Positions 24,875-36,865 of a stretch of DNA of 64,000 nt are shown here, in pieces (positions within the stretch are counted from its first letter, which is position 1; every line of letters begins with the position of its first letter). The stretch covers positions 116,128,001 through 116,192,000 of the forward strand of contig NW_024704743.1 of assembly GCF_018977255.1 (NCBI RefSeq). The letters are read 5' to 3'. The notes beneath the pieces are model-generated. The model worked only from the letters and a program-made list of their open reading frames with translations, did no database searches and had not been told where the DNA came from. The translations under genes and the position numbers were made by a program. Source of the stretch: Callorhinchus milii (lineage: Eukaryota).

Positions 24875-27800
24875 TCAGAGTCTAAGCCTTACAGCCATTC
24901 ATCCTTATACTTGATGCAAACTCAGTTTTGTGAAACAAACTTGGGTACAGAGGGGATGGCAAAGAAGGGGGAAACAGACTGGACTAGTGAGGCAGCTGGT
25001 GTGTCTAAAGCCTCCTTATTGTGCAGGCTGAAAGGCAGCGTACAAGTAGGTCATAATAACAAGGGAGATATCAATAAAAACAATTTACACAGCAGAAAGA
25101 AAACTGTTCTGATATCAATATTTTCACGCTTAATGATGGTGCCGTTCAAACTATCCTCCTGGAACCTTAGCCTTAGAAATGTGGTGATCGATTCCCTTTA
25201 CTGGGCTGTTTGTTTTAAATTAGCTGACGGAATGTAGCATCGAATAGTCTGAGCTGCCAGTCACATGGTAAAAGAGCATTTATTTTTCTAGAGTATTGGC
25301 AATCACACTGAGAGACTAAGTAATGATACAATTACCCAGTGTTAATTGTGACTGTGCCTACTGAGGGTTATGCAAAAATGTTTGGCTAGAAATGCTCATT
25401 TAGAAATCATTGCTTCAAAGTAAATTTAAGCCCTCGCTGGAGCTAGCGTTCGATGAAATGTGCCTGTGGTTGACTCCCCAAGGTGACAAAACACAATTCC
25501 TGCCTGAGCTCAGAAGGTTGTGGCTTCAACTACCCTAAGATGGGACGGCAGCTCAGAGTCTAGGCTGACAATCCAGTCCAGCATCGGAGTATGGCTGCAC
25601 TGACAGCACTGGTGCTCTGAGTTGTGAGCCTGGTTGAGGGGACACTATATAAATACAAGTTGTTGTTGACAAAACGTTTCGCCCTTCGATGAGAGTTGAA
25701 CAAAATCAAAGTTCTTACTGCCGTATTCTTTGGGTGGAGAAAGATCCCATGAGACTATTTTGAGAAGAGGAAAGATACTGTCCCAGTATCCTGGCTAAAT
25801 ATCCTTCAGATGCATTGATCATTCACTTCCTGTGTGTTTGTGGGATCCTGCTGCGTGCAAAATAACTGCCCTGTTTAGCCTTCAAGCAAACAGTCATTAC
25901 ACTCGTCAGCAATTAACTGTGAAAGAGATTGCCAGGGGATGGAATACCTAGCCGGGTGCAGTGGTCGAGACAGAATCCATATTAGCTTTAAAAGGGAACG
26001 AGATAGAGATCTAAAAGGTGTACGAAGAACCTCCTATCAACTCGACCCTGGCTTAGCTTGTCACAAACATTTAAGTCCTCATGTCTTCAATATCGTGGCC
26101 ACATTTATTTGTGTATTTTTACATATGCCTAACTCACCATTCCGGATTACTGAGCCATTTTCCCTTGGAGGGATGAGTTATCAGGAATTTACTGTAATTT
26201 GCAAGAGTGCGGGGGTGGGGAGGGGGAAATTCCCCATTGTGACCTGGGGCAGGTGGCAACTCTGTGCAGCAGTAGACATCCTGTGTGAACAGGAATGGAT
26301 CTGGCTGTGAGATTACCTGTTGCTGGACTCGCACAAAACAAAAAAATTATAATAATTCTTGCATTTGATTTAGCTCATTATCACATCTTCGAGTCTCAAA
26401 TATATATTTTGTGGACGAAACGCGGCAGCCAATTGCTCACAGCAGTGTCCCGCAAACAGTCGAGGATTGAGTGATCAAATTATTATGATTTATTATATTT
26501 TTTGAAGGGATTATTACCCCCGGAGAAGTGATACAACCATCAACAAAAAAACTGGTTAACATTTTAAAATGTATGGTCATGAGGGAAAAGTACTGGAGAG
26601 CAACCAGCGCCCGTGGAGATGTACATCCCAGTGAGACAGCAACTCCAGGGCAGACAGTGTTAGAAAGAAATCCTGAAGCAAAAGTTTAAATAACAACAGC
26701 TTGTATTTATATAGAGCCCTTCATGTGGGGTGGCGTCTTGGAGCACTGGACAGGCAACAGTCTAGTAACAGTCGACAGTGGCAGAAATAAAGTGTTTCTT
26801 TAAATTTAACAGTAATAGATCTTAAACGGCTTCTCACAGATCAACTGGCCCAAAAAAAAACTTACTTTTTTGTTGTGCAGCTACGAACGGTTTAAAAATA
26901 GATCATATAGTTGAGGCACGCAGAATAATGAGCTGAGCCATTAGTGAATGTGCATTGGAGAGTGCCGTGTGATCGTCAGCATTTAGAGAAAGATAATATT
27001 CTTACAGTTACGCTAACAATGATAAAGTGCACTAATTACACAAACACCTACACCACAAGCTCTTCCCATCGCAGGATTCATTTTACTCCTCTGGTGATCG
27101 TTCCTCATGACCGTGAGAGCCAGTGTCACTGCTGTCCTCAGATCTCCAACGGGATGTGGCAATGGAGCTCCTTACACTCTTGTCATTTGACCATTGTGCT
27201 GCAGAAATTCCTGTACTGTTGTCACTCGCAAGAACGGCTCATTCCTCCCAGAGTAGCGAGTGTGCCAGCGACAGAACCAAGCAGACATACACTGGAAGAC
27301 AATCCGAACAGTGCTTTACCTTTCTTTGTATGTATATGTTTCAAAAGAATATGTTGGGCCCATTTATTCAGCTTAGGCAAGTATGTGTCATGGCTCACTT
27401 ACCCCATTATTATTTCCAGTGCCTGAGGCAATGGCATAATAGCGGTCACTGTGCCCAGCACATTAATTAAGCCCGTGCACCGTCAGGACTAGCAAATGAA
27501 CATACTTTGCAAGTCGAGTTTTTGCGCCTTGTTTATTAATTGAAACATCCCACAACTCTCTACGGATGCAAAAAAGGTCTGCCGTGCTTTCAAATCTCAT
27601 AAGGAACTAAAGGCTAGTTAATGCGATGGATGGAAAGGAAGAGTATTAACTGTGAAGCTTCAAATAAGCAATAAGCTTTCGCAGATAAGACCAGCAAATA
27701 TAAGCAATGTAATCAGTATTTAAGACTCTGAATGCTGCATTGTCACTAGCTCGAATGAATGGCTCATTGTTAGCACTTGAACGAAGTGCCGCGCAAACAC

Positions 27801-28084
27801 AAAGGGCAAATCACATCTTTCTGAAATGCAATTTATTTTCGAAAAAAAGAGATAAAACCCCACACAGAATGGCACATTGACTGTGAATGTAGTGGCCGCT
27901 ATCAAGCATTAAAAAGTCGCAATTTTGTGTTTTTTTCTGGGGTGAAGGCTAAGGATGAAGCAAGGTGGTTTAAACATTGCTTAGAATAAAATGCACAAAG
28001 TTACTGCTCCTGTTAATTTCCTCATAGGTTTAAAATAACAATCCTTTGCAATTGACACAGTATCTTATCACATCATTATTATTA

Positions 28085-28460
28085 AAAATAATAATAATAA
28101 TAATAAGCCTTACATTTGATATAGTTCCTTATCATGTCTTCCAAGAAGTCTCAAAGCGCTTCTTGGTGAAACATCTCAAAGGATTTCAAAGGATTTACTG
28201 TAAAGTGCAGTGATTGGATATTCTGTAGATGAATACGGCAGAAAATTTGCACTCAACCAAACACCTAGGATGTGAATGATTAACTTTATCTGGAGGAGTG
28301 TTGACCAGGGCACTGAGAGAAACTCCCTTCTCATTTTGAACAGTGTTATGGGATCTTTAAAGTTTACCTGAATAGGCAGATGGGACCTCAGTTTTAACAT
28401 CTCATCTGTAGAACAGAACTTCCAACAGTGCAAAGCTCCCCTATGCCACTGTTCTGGAAT
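28085..28460 (-). mobile_element. Older Deu-type SINE
   Basis: Reverse-complement central domain and (AAT)n tail. Confidence 0.7.
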
Positions 28461-29776
28461 TGCTAACACAATCTGCTACCCCTACCTTCCTGGCCGGTCT
28501 ACGCACTTGCATTGCTAGGCAGCACAAATGCTTTTCTATTCAAAGAACAACTCTGCTGAGCTTCCTAAACAGATTTCCTTTCTCATTTACTGCCACTTTC
28601 CCCTCAGTCTCAAGGTGATCAGGTTCCTCCCAGCAAAACGCTGCAATCTAACACACCGAAGCGATAGACTCGCAGACACTTTCTTGCAAATGAATGTTCT
28701 CCGAGCCTTTTAATTTCCCTGCAGATACATTTTTACCAGGTCAATGGAAATGTAAAATGAATGTTTGCACAAAAACACACTATATGCTCCACTAGGACTG
28801 TGCATTGATCAGGACCATTTAGCTGATGTATTTCCCACACAAATAGGCTGTTTTTCGGTGCATGGTTCATTGCAAATGATTGCTGTCTGTCTTTGTCACA
28901 GAGAGGAAATGGTTTTGATGCCCTGAAGCTGACTTCCTTAAAATAAGATGAGGTTAAGATGTTTGAATTTATTTATGCTAGGATCCTATTTCCCCTTCGG
29001 TTATGAAGTTCAAAGCAGAATCAGTGAATGGTAGAATATTTGTAAGTTTAATTTTTGTATTGTTTCTTTGACTCATCATTTGGAATCATCATATGCATTG
29101 CATATTTCAGGTGTCTTCATATGGCTGATAATTAATAAAGGTTGTATATTTTCTTAAGTAGGAGTGTGAAATGCTGGAATACTTTATAACTGCCAAATGT
29201 GATGTACCTCCTTAGTTCAGACTTGAATGAAGCTGTAGTGTTAAAGATACCATGACACTATCCAAAAAGAGAAGGGAGTTTCTCCCGGTGTCCTGACTCA
29301 CAGTCCTCCAGACAAAAAACTTGGTCATTCACTTCATGGCTGTTTGCGGGACTTTGCTGTATGCAAATTGACTGCCACATTCACCTACAAAATATACAGT
29401 CACTAATACTTTACAGTATATCCTGTGAAGTGCTTTGAGATGTCTCAAAGAAGTGATAAGGCGCAATATCAAATGTAAATATTATTATTAACAATCCATC
29501 TGAGAGAGAGCTGAGAGGGTGGTTGTCATATCAGCAATGGAGAATATGACTGAATTGAAAGAATATATTATTGTAAATATTTCATGCTGTTGATGATAAT
29601 AAATAATATTCCTAGCATTTGCTATAGCATTTATCACATCATTCAGACGTCTCAAAGGATATACTACTGTAGAGTGGTTTGACAGTTTATTTTATGGGCA
29701 AAACACATATTCAGTATATTGATATTCAGGATTGTCAAAACACATTTTAATATAATGGTGAATATCTTAGAATACA

Positions 29777-29853
29777 GGTGGATATTCTGGGATGGAGGTG
29801 GATTATTTGGGATGGGGTGGATTATTTGGGATGGAGATGAATATTCTGGAATT
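29777..29853. repeat. ~20-bp minisatellite (ggtggattatttgggatgga-like, about 4 units)
   Basis: Direct inspection. Confidence 0.8.
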
Positions 29854-29857
29854 CTAA

Positions 29858-30351
29858 TTAACATCACCTCCAGAGAAGCCTGGATTCCTCCTTGTTTAAA
29901 ACCACGCTCATAACTCCTTAACATAGCGACAAATTTTCTCATCCCCTTTTAACAGATCCCATGCACGGACCGAAGAATCTGGAGGTCATGGAGATCAAGT
30001 CCAGAGAGCTCACGATTCGCTGGGAGCCGTTCGGTTACAATGTAACTCGCTGCCACCGCTACAACCTGACAGCCCACTACCGCTACATGGTGGGAGACTT
30101 GGAGCGTGTGGGCGAGGAGGTCTGCTGGAAAACCGAGTCCGTCAAGCCCCAATCCAGCCTGCGGGAGCTGCCCCCCTACACCAACATCAGTGTTAAACTG
30201 GTCCTGATGAACTCGGAGGGCAAAAAAGGAAAGCGAGGAGCTTGTGGTCCAAACAGATGAAGACGGTACGTTTAACATCACCTCCAGAGGAGCCTGGATT
30301 CCTCCTTGTTTAAAACCACTGTCATAACTCCTTAACATAGTGCCGAATTTT
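29858..30351 (+). repeat. 80-bp direct repeat (29858-29937 and 30272-30351) flanking a PTPRM exon
   Basis: Hand alignment: 74/80 identical, no gaps. Confidence 0.95.
29956..30265 (+). CDS. PTPRM: PTPRM FN3 exon (DPMHGPKNLEV...VVQTDED), with an apparent +1 frameshift at 30222-30227
   Basis: ttttaacag acceptor and G|gtacgt donor; WEPFGYNVTRC and PYTNISVKL motifs; 310 nt between phase-1 junctions where 309 is needed. Confidence 0.93.
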
Positions 30352-31963
30352 GCAACAAAAAAAACCCTCTTAAATCCAGTCTTACTTATGTTTGCCTACA
30401 AAATACACATTACAGTAAATCCTGTGAAATGCTTCGAGACATCCTCCCGATGTGAAGGGAAATGTATAAAATGCAATTGTTATTATGCTTCTCATTTACT
30501 TTGGGAGACGGTTTTCTCCCAAAGAAGAAAAGACTGGACTTAAGATTGTGGGCTTGGAATTCTTCTAAAGACAGCGTCTTCGATCGCTTTCTCTCTGTTC
30601 CCCCCCCACCCCCCGCACTCCCCACTAGACCTTCCGAGTTCCAAAAAGCGCTTTCAGAATTTTCAAAAACTCAGCAGACAATTAAATATTAAGGTATCGG
30701 AGTCGAGGCTGAGACTATGAGAAATTGTACGGTTGTGTTTCATGAAGGTTTGTATTGATGCCAATCAGCAGGGAAGGGATGTGATGTTGAAAGGTAATGG
30801 TACGGTTGTGTGGATTAACCAGCACTGGATGTCGGTGAGGTTTTCTATCAAAGCCAGTCTCCCCGTCATCGATTGGAAAGATTACACTTATCTACTGCAA
30901 GCACGTTGAAACTTTCTTTTTTATTCTTGCACAAAAGCTTCTTCTGGCGGAGGTAAAAGTATTCAGTGGCAGAGTTTCCCCAGGTGCAAAAACAAACCAA
31001 CAAAAGGAAACAAAACCGAGAATGCTTTAACCTGTGAAGCCAGCATTGGTTAAAATATTGTACCTAAATCCATGCTCTCACTTTGACAAATTGCTTTGTA
31101 TCACGGTTCTGCTCTTTTGGCATTAAGCTGGAAAGCTTCACTCACCTGATGGTTTAGGTTGTTACTCAGTGCATCTGAGCCCTGTCAGTTCTCATGGCCC
31201 CAGACTTAAGACCAGTGCGTCAGCCTGGCTCAGTGAGGAGCACTCTCACTCCTGAGTCAGAAGGTTGTGGGGTCAAGCCCAACACCGGGACTTTGAACCG
31301 GTTTCAAGGCCCTGTGTGGGACATTGCTGTGTGCAAATTGGCTGCATCATTTTACCTAGAGAATACATAGTCACAACAGCAACTTGCATTTATATGGCAC
31401 CCTCACACAGGGTAGTGCTTCAGAGCGCTGAATGTCCTGTGAAGCACTTAGAGGTATCCTCCCAATGTGAAAGTTGCTGTATCAAATGCAATATTATTAT
31501 TATTATTATATATGCACAGCCAAAGAAATAGTAATATGTATACAGTCACACAGTATTTAAGAGAAAAACCTGTGGCATACATGAGGGAGAAGGGAATAAA
31601 GGGTTTTAGGTGAATGGCTGAATGACCTGTTTCCGTTCCGTATCACTCGATGTAACTCAATGAAATTGAGTGCTGGTGTACACAAGCCAAGATCTGCCAG
31701 GAGTGAACCAAATCTGAGGATGAGAGCAACAGGATCAGAATGTCCTACTGGGCTCAAAAGGAGGAGCAATGTGCAGGGAGGATAAGTCTCTCCAAGGTCT
31801 CAATGCACTCGTTTAATCACTTGATAGTGCAATCGGAGGACAATGGAATGGGTATCCTGGGAGGAGAAGATTAGATGAGCCAAAAGATGGACTTGCGTTA
31901 TCCAAACATCTCTTGTGAGCCTATGATGCCTTTTGACACTTCCCCTTTACATTTGCCCCCCAG

Positions 31964-32073
31964 TGCCTGGTGCAGTGCCCATGGATTCGGTGCAGGGCCG
32001 CACCTTTGCAGAGAAGATCTACCTCCAGTGGAAGGAGCCGACCGAAACGTTTGGAATCATCACACTGTATGAG
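31964..32073 (+). CDS. PTPRM: PTPRM FN3 exon ([12 protein letters not shown]...GIITLYE)
   Basis: ccccccag acceptor, GAG|gtaaca donor, 110 nt, phase 1 to 0. Confidence 0.95.
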
Positions 32074-32204
32074 GTAACAGTCAATGGTTTTATTCCCAGA
32101 GTTGCCCATTACACTAAACAGGGTTTCCCTATCCTGTCTTTCACACTCGGCCCGTTATTCTAAAATATATCGGGACTTAACTTTCCTCACGATAATCAGC
32201 AGGG

Positions 32205-32835
32205 CACTTTTCTCCCCCATATCCGTGTCAAGAGCCATTCTGCCTTCCCCCCCACCTCCGCAACATTGCCCGACTCCGCCACTACCTCACCCCTCAGGCC
32301 GCTAAAACCCTCATACACACATTCGTCACCTCAAGGCTCGACTACAGAAACTTCCTCCTTGTGGGCCTCCCAAACTCATCCCTCCACAAGTTGCAGATCA
32401 TCCAGAACTCTGCAGCTCGTGTCCTTTCCCGTATCAGTCTCCGTGACCCCATCAGCCCCACCCTCGCCCGGCTCCACTGGCTCCCATCCCTCAGAGAATA
32501 GAATCCAAAATCCTTGTCCTCACTTTCAAGGCCCTCCACGCCTTGCTGACCCGCTGACCCCAATCAATGTGTCTGCTCCTTCCGTTCACCAGGCTCCGGC
32601 CTGCTCCATGTCTCCTGCCCGCCCTGCCCCACCATTGGCAGCCACGCTTTCAGCCTATCTCCCCCATCCTTTGGAACTCCATCCCACAATCCCACGCCTT
32701 GCTCCCTCCATTGCCTCCTTTTCGACCGTGCCTTCAGCTGCCCTCCTATCTCTCTGCCCTCCCTCACACCAACCCTGTCCCCCACCACCACTCTCGGGTC
32801 CAGAATCCCGAATGTTCAGCACCTTGGGACCTCCC
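32205..32835 (+). mobile_element. L2 LINE 3' fragment
   Basis: Homologous to the reverse complement of ~52300-52900. Confidence 0.88.
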
Positions 32836-33715
32836 CCCAAAGGGCAAATGTGCAAACAGTTGGTGCCTTCATCAAGTCCTGCCATTGTTAAGCCCTCCGA
32901 GAGACTACCCCTCATGATGGGTACTAGTGGTCATCACCCACTAATCCCATACACCAGCTATCTTTTTATTAGTTGCTTATATCCCCATTCTCACCTACAA
33001 AATACACAGTCACTACACTGTGAAAATATCCTACAGTAAAACTATCCTGTGAAACACTTTGAGATGTTTCAACGACATGATAAGGGGTATAATAATACTA
33101 TCAATAATACTTGCATTTGGCGTAGCGCCTTTTGTGTTGGGAAGACATCTATAATAATAATACTTGCATTTGATATAGCGCTTTTCACGTCTTCTCGACA
33201 TCTCAAAGCGCTTCACAGAATAGACTGTAAAGTGAATTGACTGTATATTTGTGGGCGAAAATCTCAAAGCATTTCATAGGATTCATTGTAAAATACATAT
33301 TTGTATTGGTGGCAGCTATATCAAGTGCAAGTATTGTAATTTTATTACTGTTGTCATATTCCATGTGAACACAGAATGTTAGTGTTAGTGATCAGTGAGC
33401 GATAGTCAGGGATATAATGAACAAGATCAGGAGCCTGTCAGTTTTCTCAGCTTCCAGGATAGCAAAGGATTTTACAACTCGGGACTGAACCACTTGTCAG
33501 ACTTGAAAACTATAATCCTACTCTCGTGAGCTAAAACATCTCCGTTTCGTATTTCTTTTTCAAATAAGACAAATGACCCCAAATTTCTCATGTTCTTAAA
33601 GACTTAATTGTCTTATAATTTAAAATCATGTGGAATTTCAGAAAATTCTTCAATCCCTTCCTGGTTTGAAAGCTGTGAGAGAGAGTGTGAGGCAGCAAGT
33701 CACAGACTGACAGAG

Positions 33716-33717
<2 letters not shown>

Positions 33718-33751
<34 letters not shown>

Positions 33752-33795
33752 AGACAGAGAGAGACAGAATCAGAGACATGCAGAGTCAGAGAAAT
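33718..33795. repeat. (GA)n microsatellite and degenerate GA-rich extension
   Basis: Direct inspection. Confidence 0.9.
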
Positions 33796-33809
33796 ACAGA
33801 GCCACAAAG

Positions 33810-34100
33810 ACAACAAGAACAACAAAATAACATTTATAGAGCGCCTTTCACATTGGGAGGACGATTCAAAGAGCTGGACAGTTAGGGGTCAGGACCCGAG
33901 CATTGGGGAGGGATGGGGTAGGGGTGAGGGAAGGCAGAGAGGTGAGAGGGCGACTGAATGCACGATCGAAGAGGGTCTTGAGACCGGCCTTGAAGGAGGA
34001 AGCGAGGCAAAGGGACTGTGGGATGGAGTTCCAGAGTGTGGGGGCAGAGAGGTTGAAAGCCCAGCCACCAATGGTAGGGCGGGTTGTGCGGGAGACACGG
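33810..34100 (-). mobile_element. L2 LINE 3' end
   Basis: PTIGGWAF..SAPTLWNSIP...SFKAGLKTLFDRAF and tail. Confidence 0.85.
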
Positions 34101-34257
34101 AGCAGAGAAAGAAAAAATAGACAGAGTGAGTGTGAGAGAAAGACAGGGAGAGAATCAGACAGCCAGAGACTAAGACAAGTCAGAGAGAGAGAGAGAAAAT
34201 CAGCGACCAAGTTAATGGAGAGAGGCACACACACAGTCCGAGATAGAAAGAGACAAA

Positions 34258-34590
34258 ATAATAATAAGAATAATAATAATCCTTGCATTTGATATAGCGC
34301 TTTTCATGTCGGGAGGACGTCCCAAAGCGCTTCACAGAACACACTGTAAAGTGAATTGACTGTATATTTGTGGGCGAACGTGACAGCCAATTGCGCACAG
34401 CAGTGTTCCACAAACAGTCATGTTTGACCCTTGGAAAAACGATCCGCCAATCGACTAACAACCAGGTTCCTATTTACTGCTAAGTAAATAGGGGTATGTG
34501 GGGAAAGGTAACTTGCCCAACGTTTCACCCTGCCAGGAATCAAACCTAGGTCTCTCACTTGCTAGTGCTCTAACCACTGAATTACAGTGG
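34258..34590 (-). mobile_element. tRNA-Ala-headed SINE, long body with young-type tail
   Basis: Tail gcgcttttcatgtcgggaggacgtcccaaagcgc plus central tactgctaagtaaa block. Confidence 0.85.
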
Positions 34591-36492
34591 TTAAGTTAGG
34601 AACAAAATCACTTAGAAGTGTCCCTAGGCCCATAACAATAATAATCCTTGCATTTGATATAATGCTTTTCACGTCTTCTAGACGTCTCAAAGCGCTTCAC
34701 TGAATATGAGGTAGAGAAAGAAGGAAAGAGAGAAAAACAAAGACAGAGAAACAGGGAAAGAGAGAGATAAACAAGGACACGGAGAGACAGGAAAAGAGAG
34801 AGAGAAACAAGGGCAGAGAGACCAGGAAAACGGAGGTGGAGCGAGAGAAAGAGAAGTGGATGTCGAAGTTAATGATGATTCGGTGTAATTTTTGCTTCGC
34901 TCTCTCTTTAATTATAAATGCAGGTTTCTGGGCTCCTGTGAATAACCGGTGTAATTTCCCATTGCTTTGCGAACACTTCTCAATCAGAAGCACATTTGCT
35001 GTAATTCCTGCGGGAAATGCCACTCTGCCTCTGCCAGAGCCCAGACTTCTTGAAGAAGTGGTCGCTTGATTATAAATTGTTGCGGATTGATTTATGTTTG
35101 GAATAAATGAGAGCAGTGATTTCATCTCTTCCCAAACCTGATTAAACGAAAATACCCCGCCCCCCCACACCCCAACAACTTAACACAGATAATTAATTTG
35201 TGCCTCAGTACCTTCCTATCTCTGTGACCTTCTCCTATTCCACTGTCTGCTCACTCTCCTCTCCGCAGGAAACTCTCTCTATCTGCTGCTGCTACGCTTC
35301 TCCCGCTCCCTCTGTCCTGCCATCAGTGTCTGGACCTTCAGCCTTTGGAACTCCCTCCTTACCCCTCCATCTCGCTCTCCCTCCCCCACCCCCACCTAAA
35401 ACCCCAGCTCTTCAACCACGTTCACCTCACGTCCTCCTCTCTTGCACAGCATCCGACCCCTTCCCAGTGAAGCACTCTTGATATGCTATACTATGTGAAG
35501 GACGCTATATAAATGCAAGTCGCTGTTGTTATCTTTGGAAGAAGTTGAGCCTTCCTTTGATATCCAGGAATATTCACTTGTACTTTTAGTGTTTCACTTT
35601 TATCTCCCTACTCCAATTTTCCCTCTTCCTGTCGTGTCTTTTGAACGAGACATTAATCCGAGGGCCCGCCTGCCTTTACAGCTGGATATTAACAATCTGT
35701 GACAGTGTTATTTGAAAACGAGAAGGGAGTTTCTCCTGGTGTCCTGGCCGATAAACCTTCAGATAACTTGCTCATTCATGGGACCTTGCTGTGAAAGCTA
35801 GCTGCTACACTTGCCTGCAGTAACAATTACTATACTTGCAATAACAGTAACTACTCTCAAAGAACTTTGAGACGTTTTGACGACGCTATAGGCAAGGATT
35901 ATTATCACCCTCAAGAATCTACAGTAAATAATAATCCTTGAGTTTTGATGAGTTTTCCTTGGATGAAGACTGCTGAGCACAATATTGGCTAGACCAAGTC
36001 CATTTATCTACTTTAACAATACGGCGCCTTTTTAAAACCACATTATCTGAATGTGAAAACTCATACAAAGCTTTTTTCCCCCCTTCTTAAATTGAATATT
36101 TCCACCTCTATAAGCCACTATATTTTGAACAAAACACAGAAACTTATAGCACATACTTTCTGAATCCTGCCCAAAGCAGAGAGGATGTTACAAAGAAGCT
36201 GCAGACAACACACAAAATAAAAATATCACTGACAAGATCACATATAAATGAATGATTCTTACCTTTATTAGAACATGTTCACCTTCAAACCCTTATCAGG
36301 AGATAGGAATCTTTCTATTATATTCCTATCTTTGTCAATTTGTCTTTCTGCCACGTGTACTATCTAAGCCATCAGCTGCGCTATGCATTCTATAAGTGCT
36401 TCAAATGTGTTGGTGTACTTACAAATCAGTGTGTGTTTTAATGCTTTGAGGCCCTATCTTGCATGAAGGGCAGTGTATGTAAATGCAAGTTC

Positions 36493-36865
36493 GTGGAGTC
36501 TTGTAGCTCAGTAGTTAGAGCACAGAGAGACCTGGGTTCAATTCCCAGCAGGGCAAAATGTTGGTCAAGTTTCCTTACTCCACACAGCTCCGTACCTAGC
36601 AGTAAATAGGAATCCGGTTGTTAGTCGATTGGGGGGGTTCGCTCTTCCAGGGGTAATAATTCCTTCAAAAAATAATAATAATAATAAATCGGTTACTTCA
36701 ATCCACAACTATTTGTGGGACACTGCTGTGTGCAATTGGCTGCCGTGTTTTGTCCACAAAATATACAGTCAATTCACTTTACAGTATATTCTGTGAAGCG
36801 CTTTGAGACATCTCGAAGACGTGATAAGGCGCAATATCAAATGCACGGCTTATTTTTATTATTAT
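36493..36865 (+). mobile_element. tRNA-Ala-headed SINE, long subfamily
   Basis: Head (anticodon arm partly deleted), central block and tail present. Confidence 0.87.

Noticed and set aside
26944..27470. Overlapping 160-aa and 115-aa ORFs as a nested gene
   Set aside because: No recognisable domain or splice structure.
29915..29922. U12-type intron suggested by TCCTTAAC
   Set aside because: Lies ~33 nt from the AG, farther than is typical, with a normal pyrimidine tract; the intron's donor is outside the window so it cannot be supported.
32266..33039. 257-aa Pro/Ser-rich ORF, longest in the track
   Set aside because: Off-frame reading of a C-rich L2 fragment.
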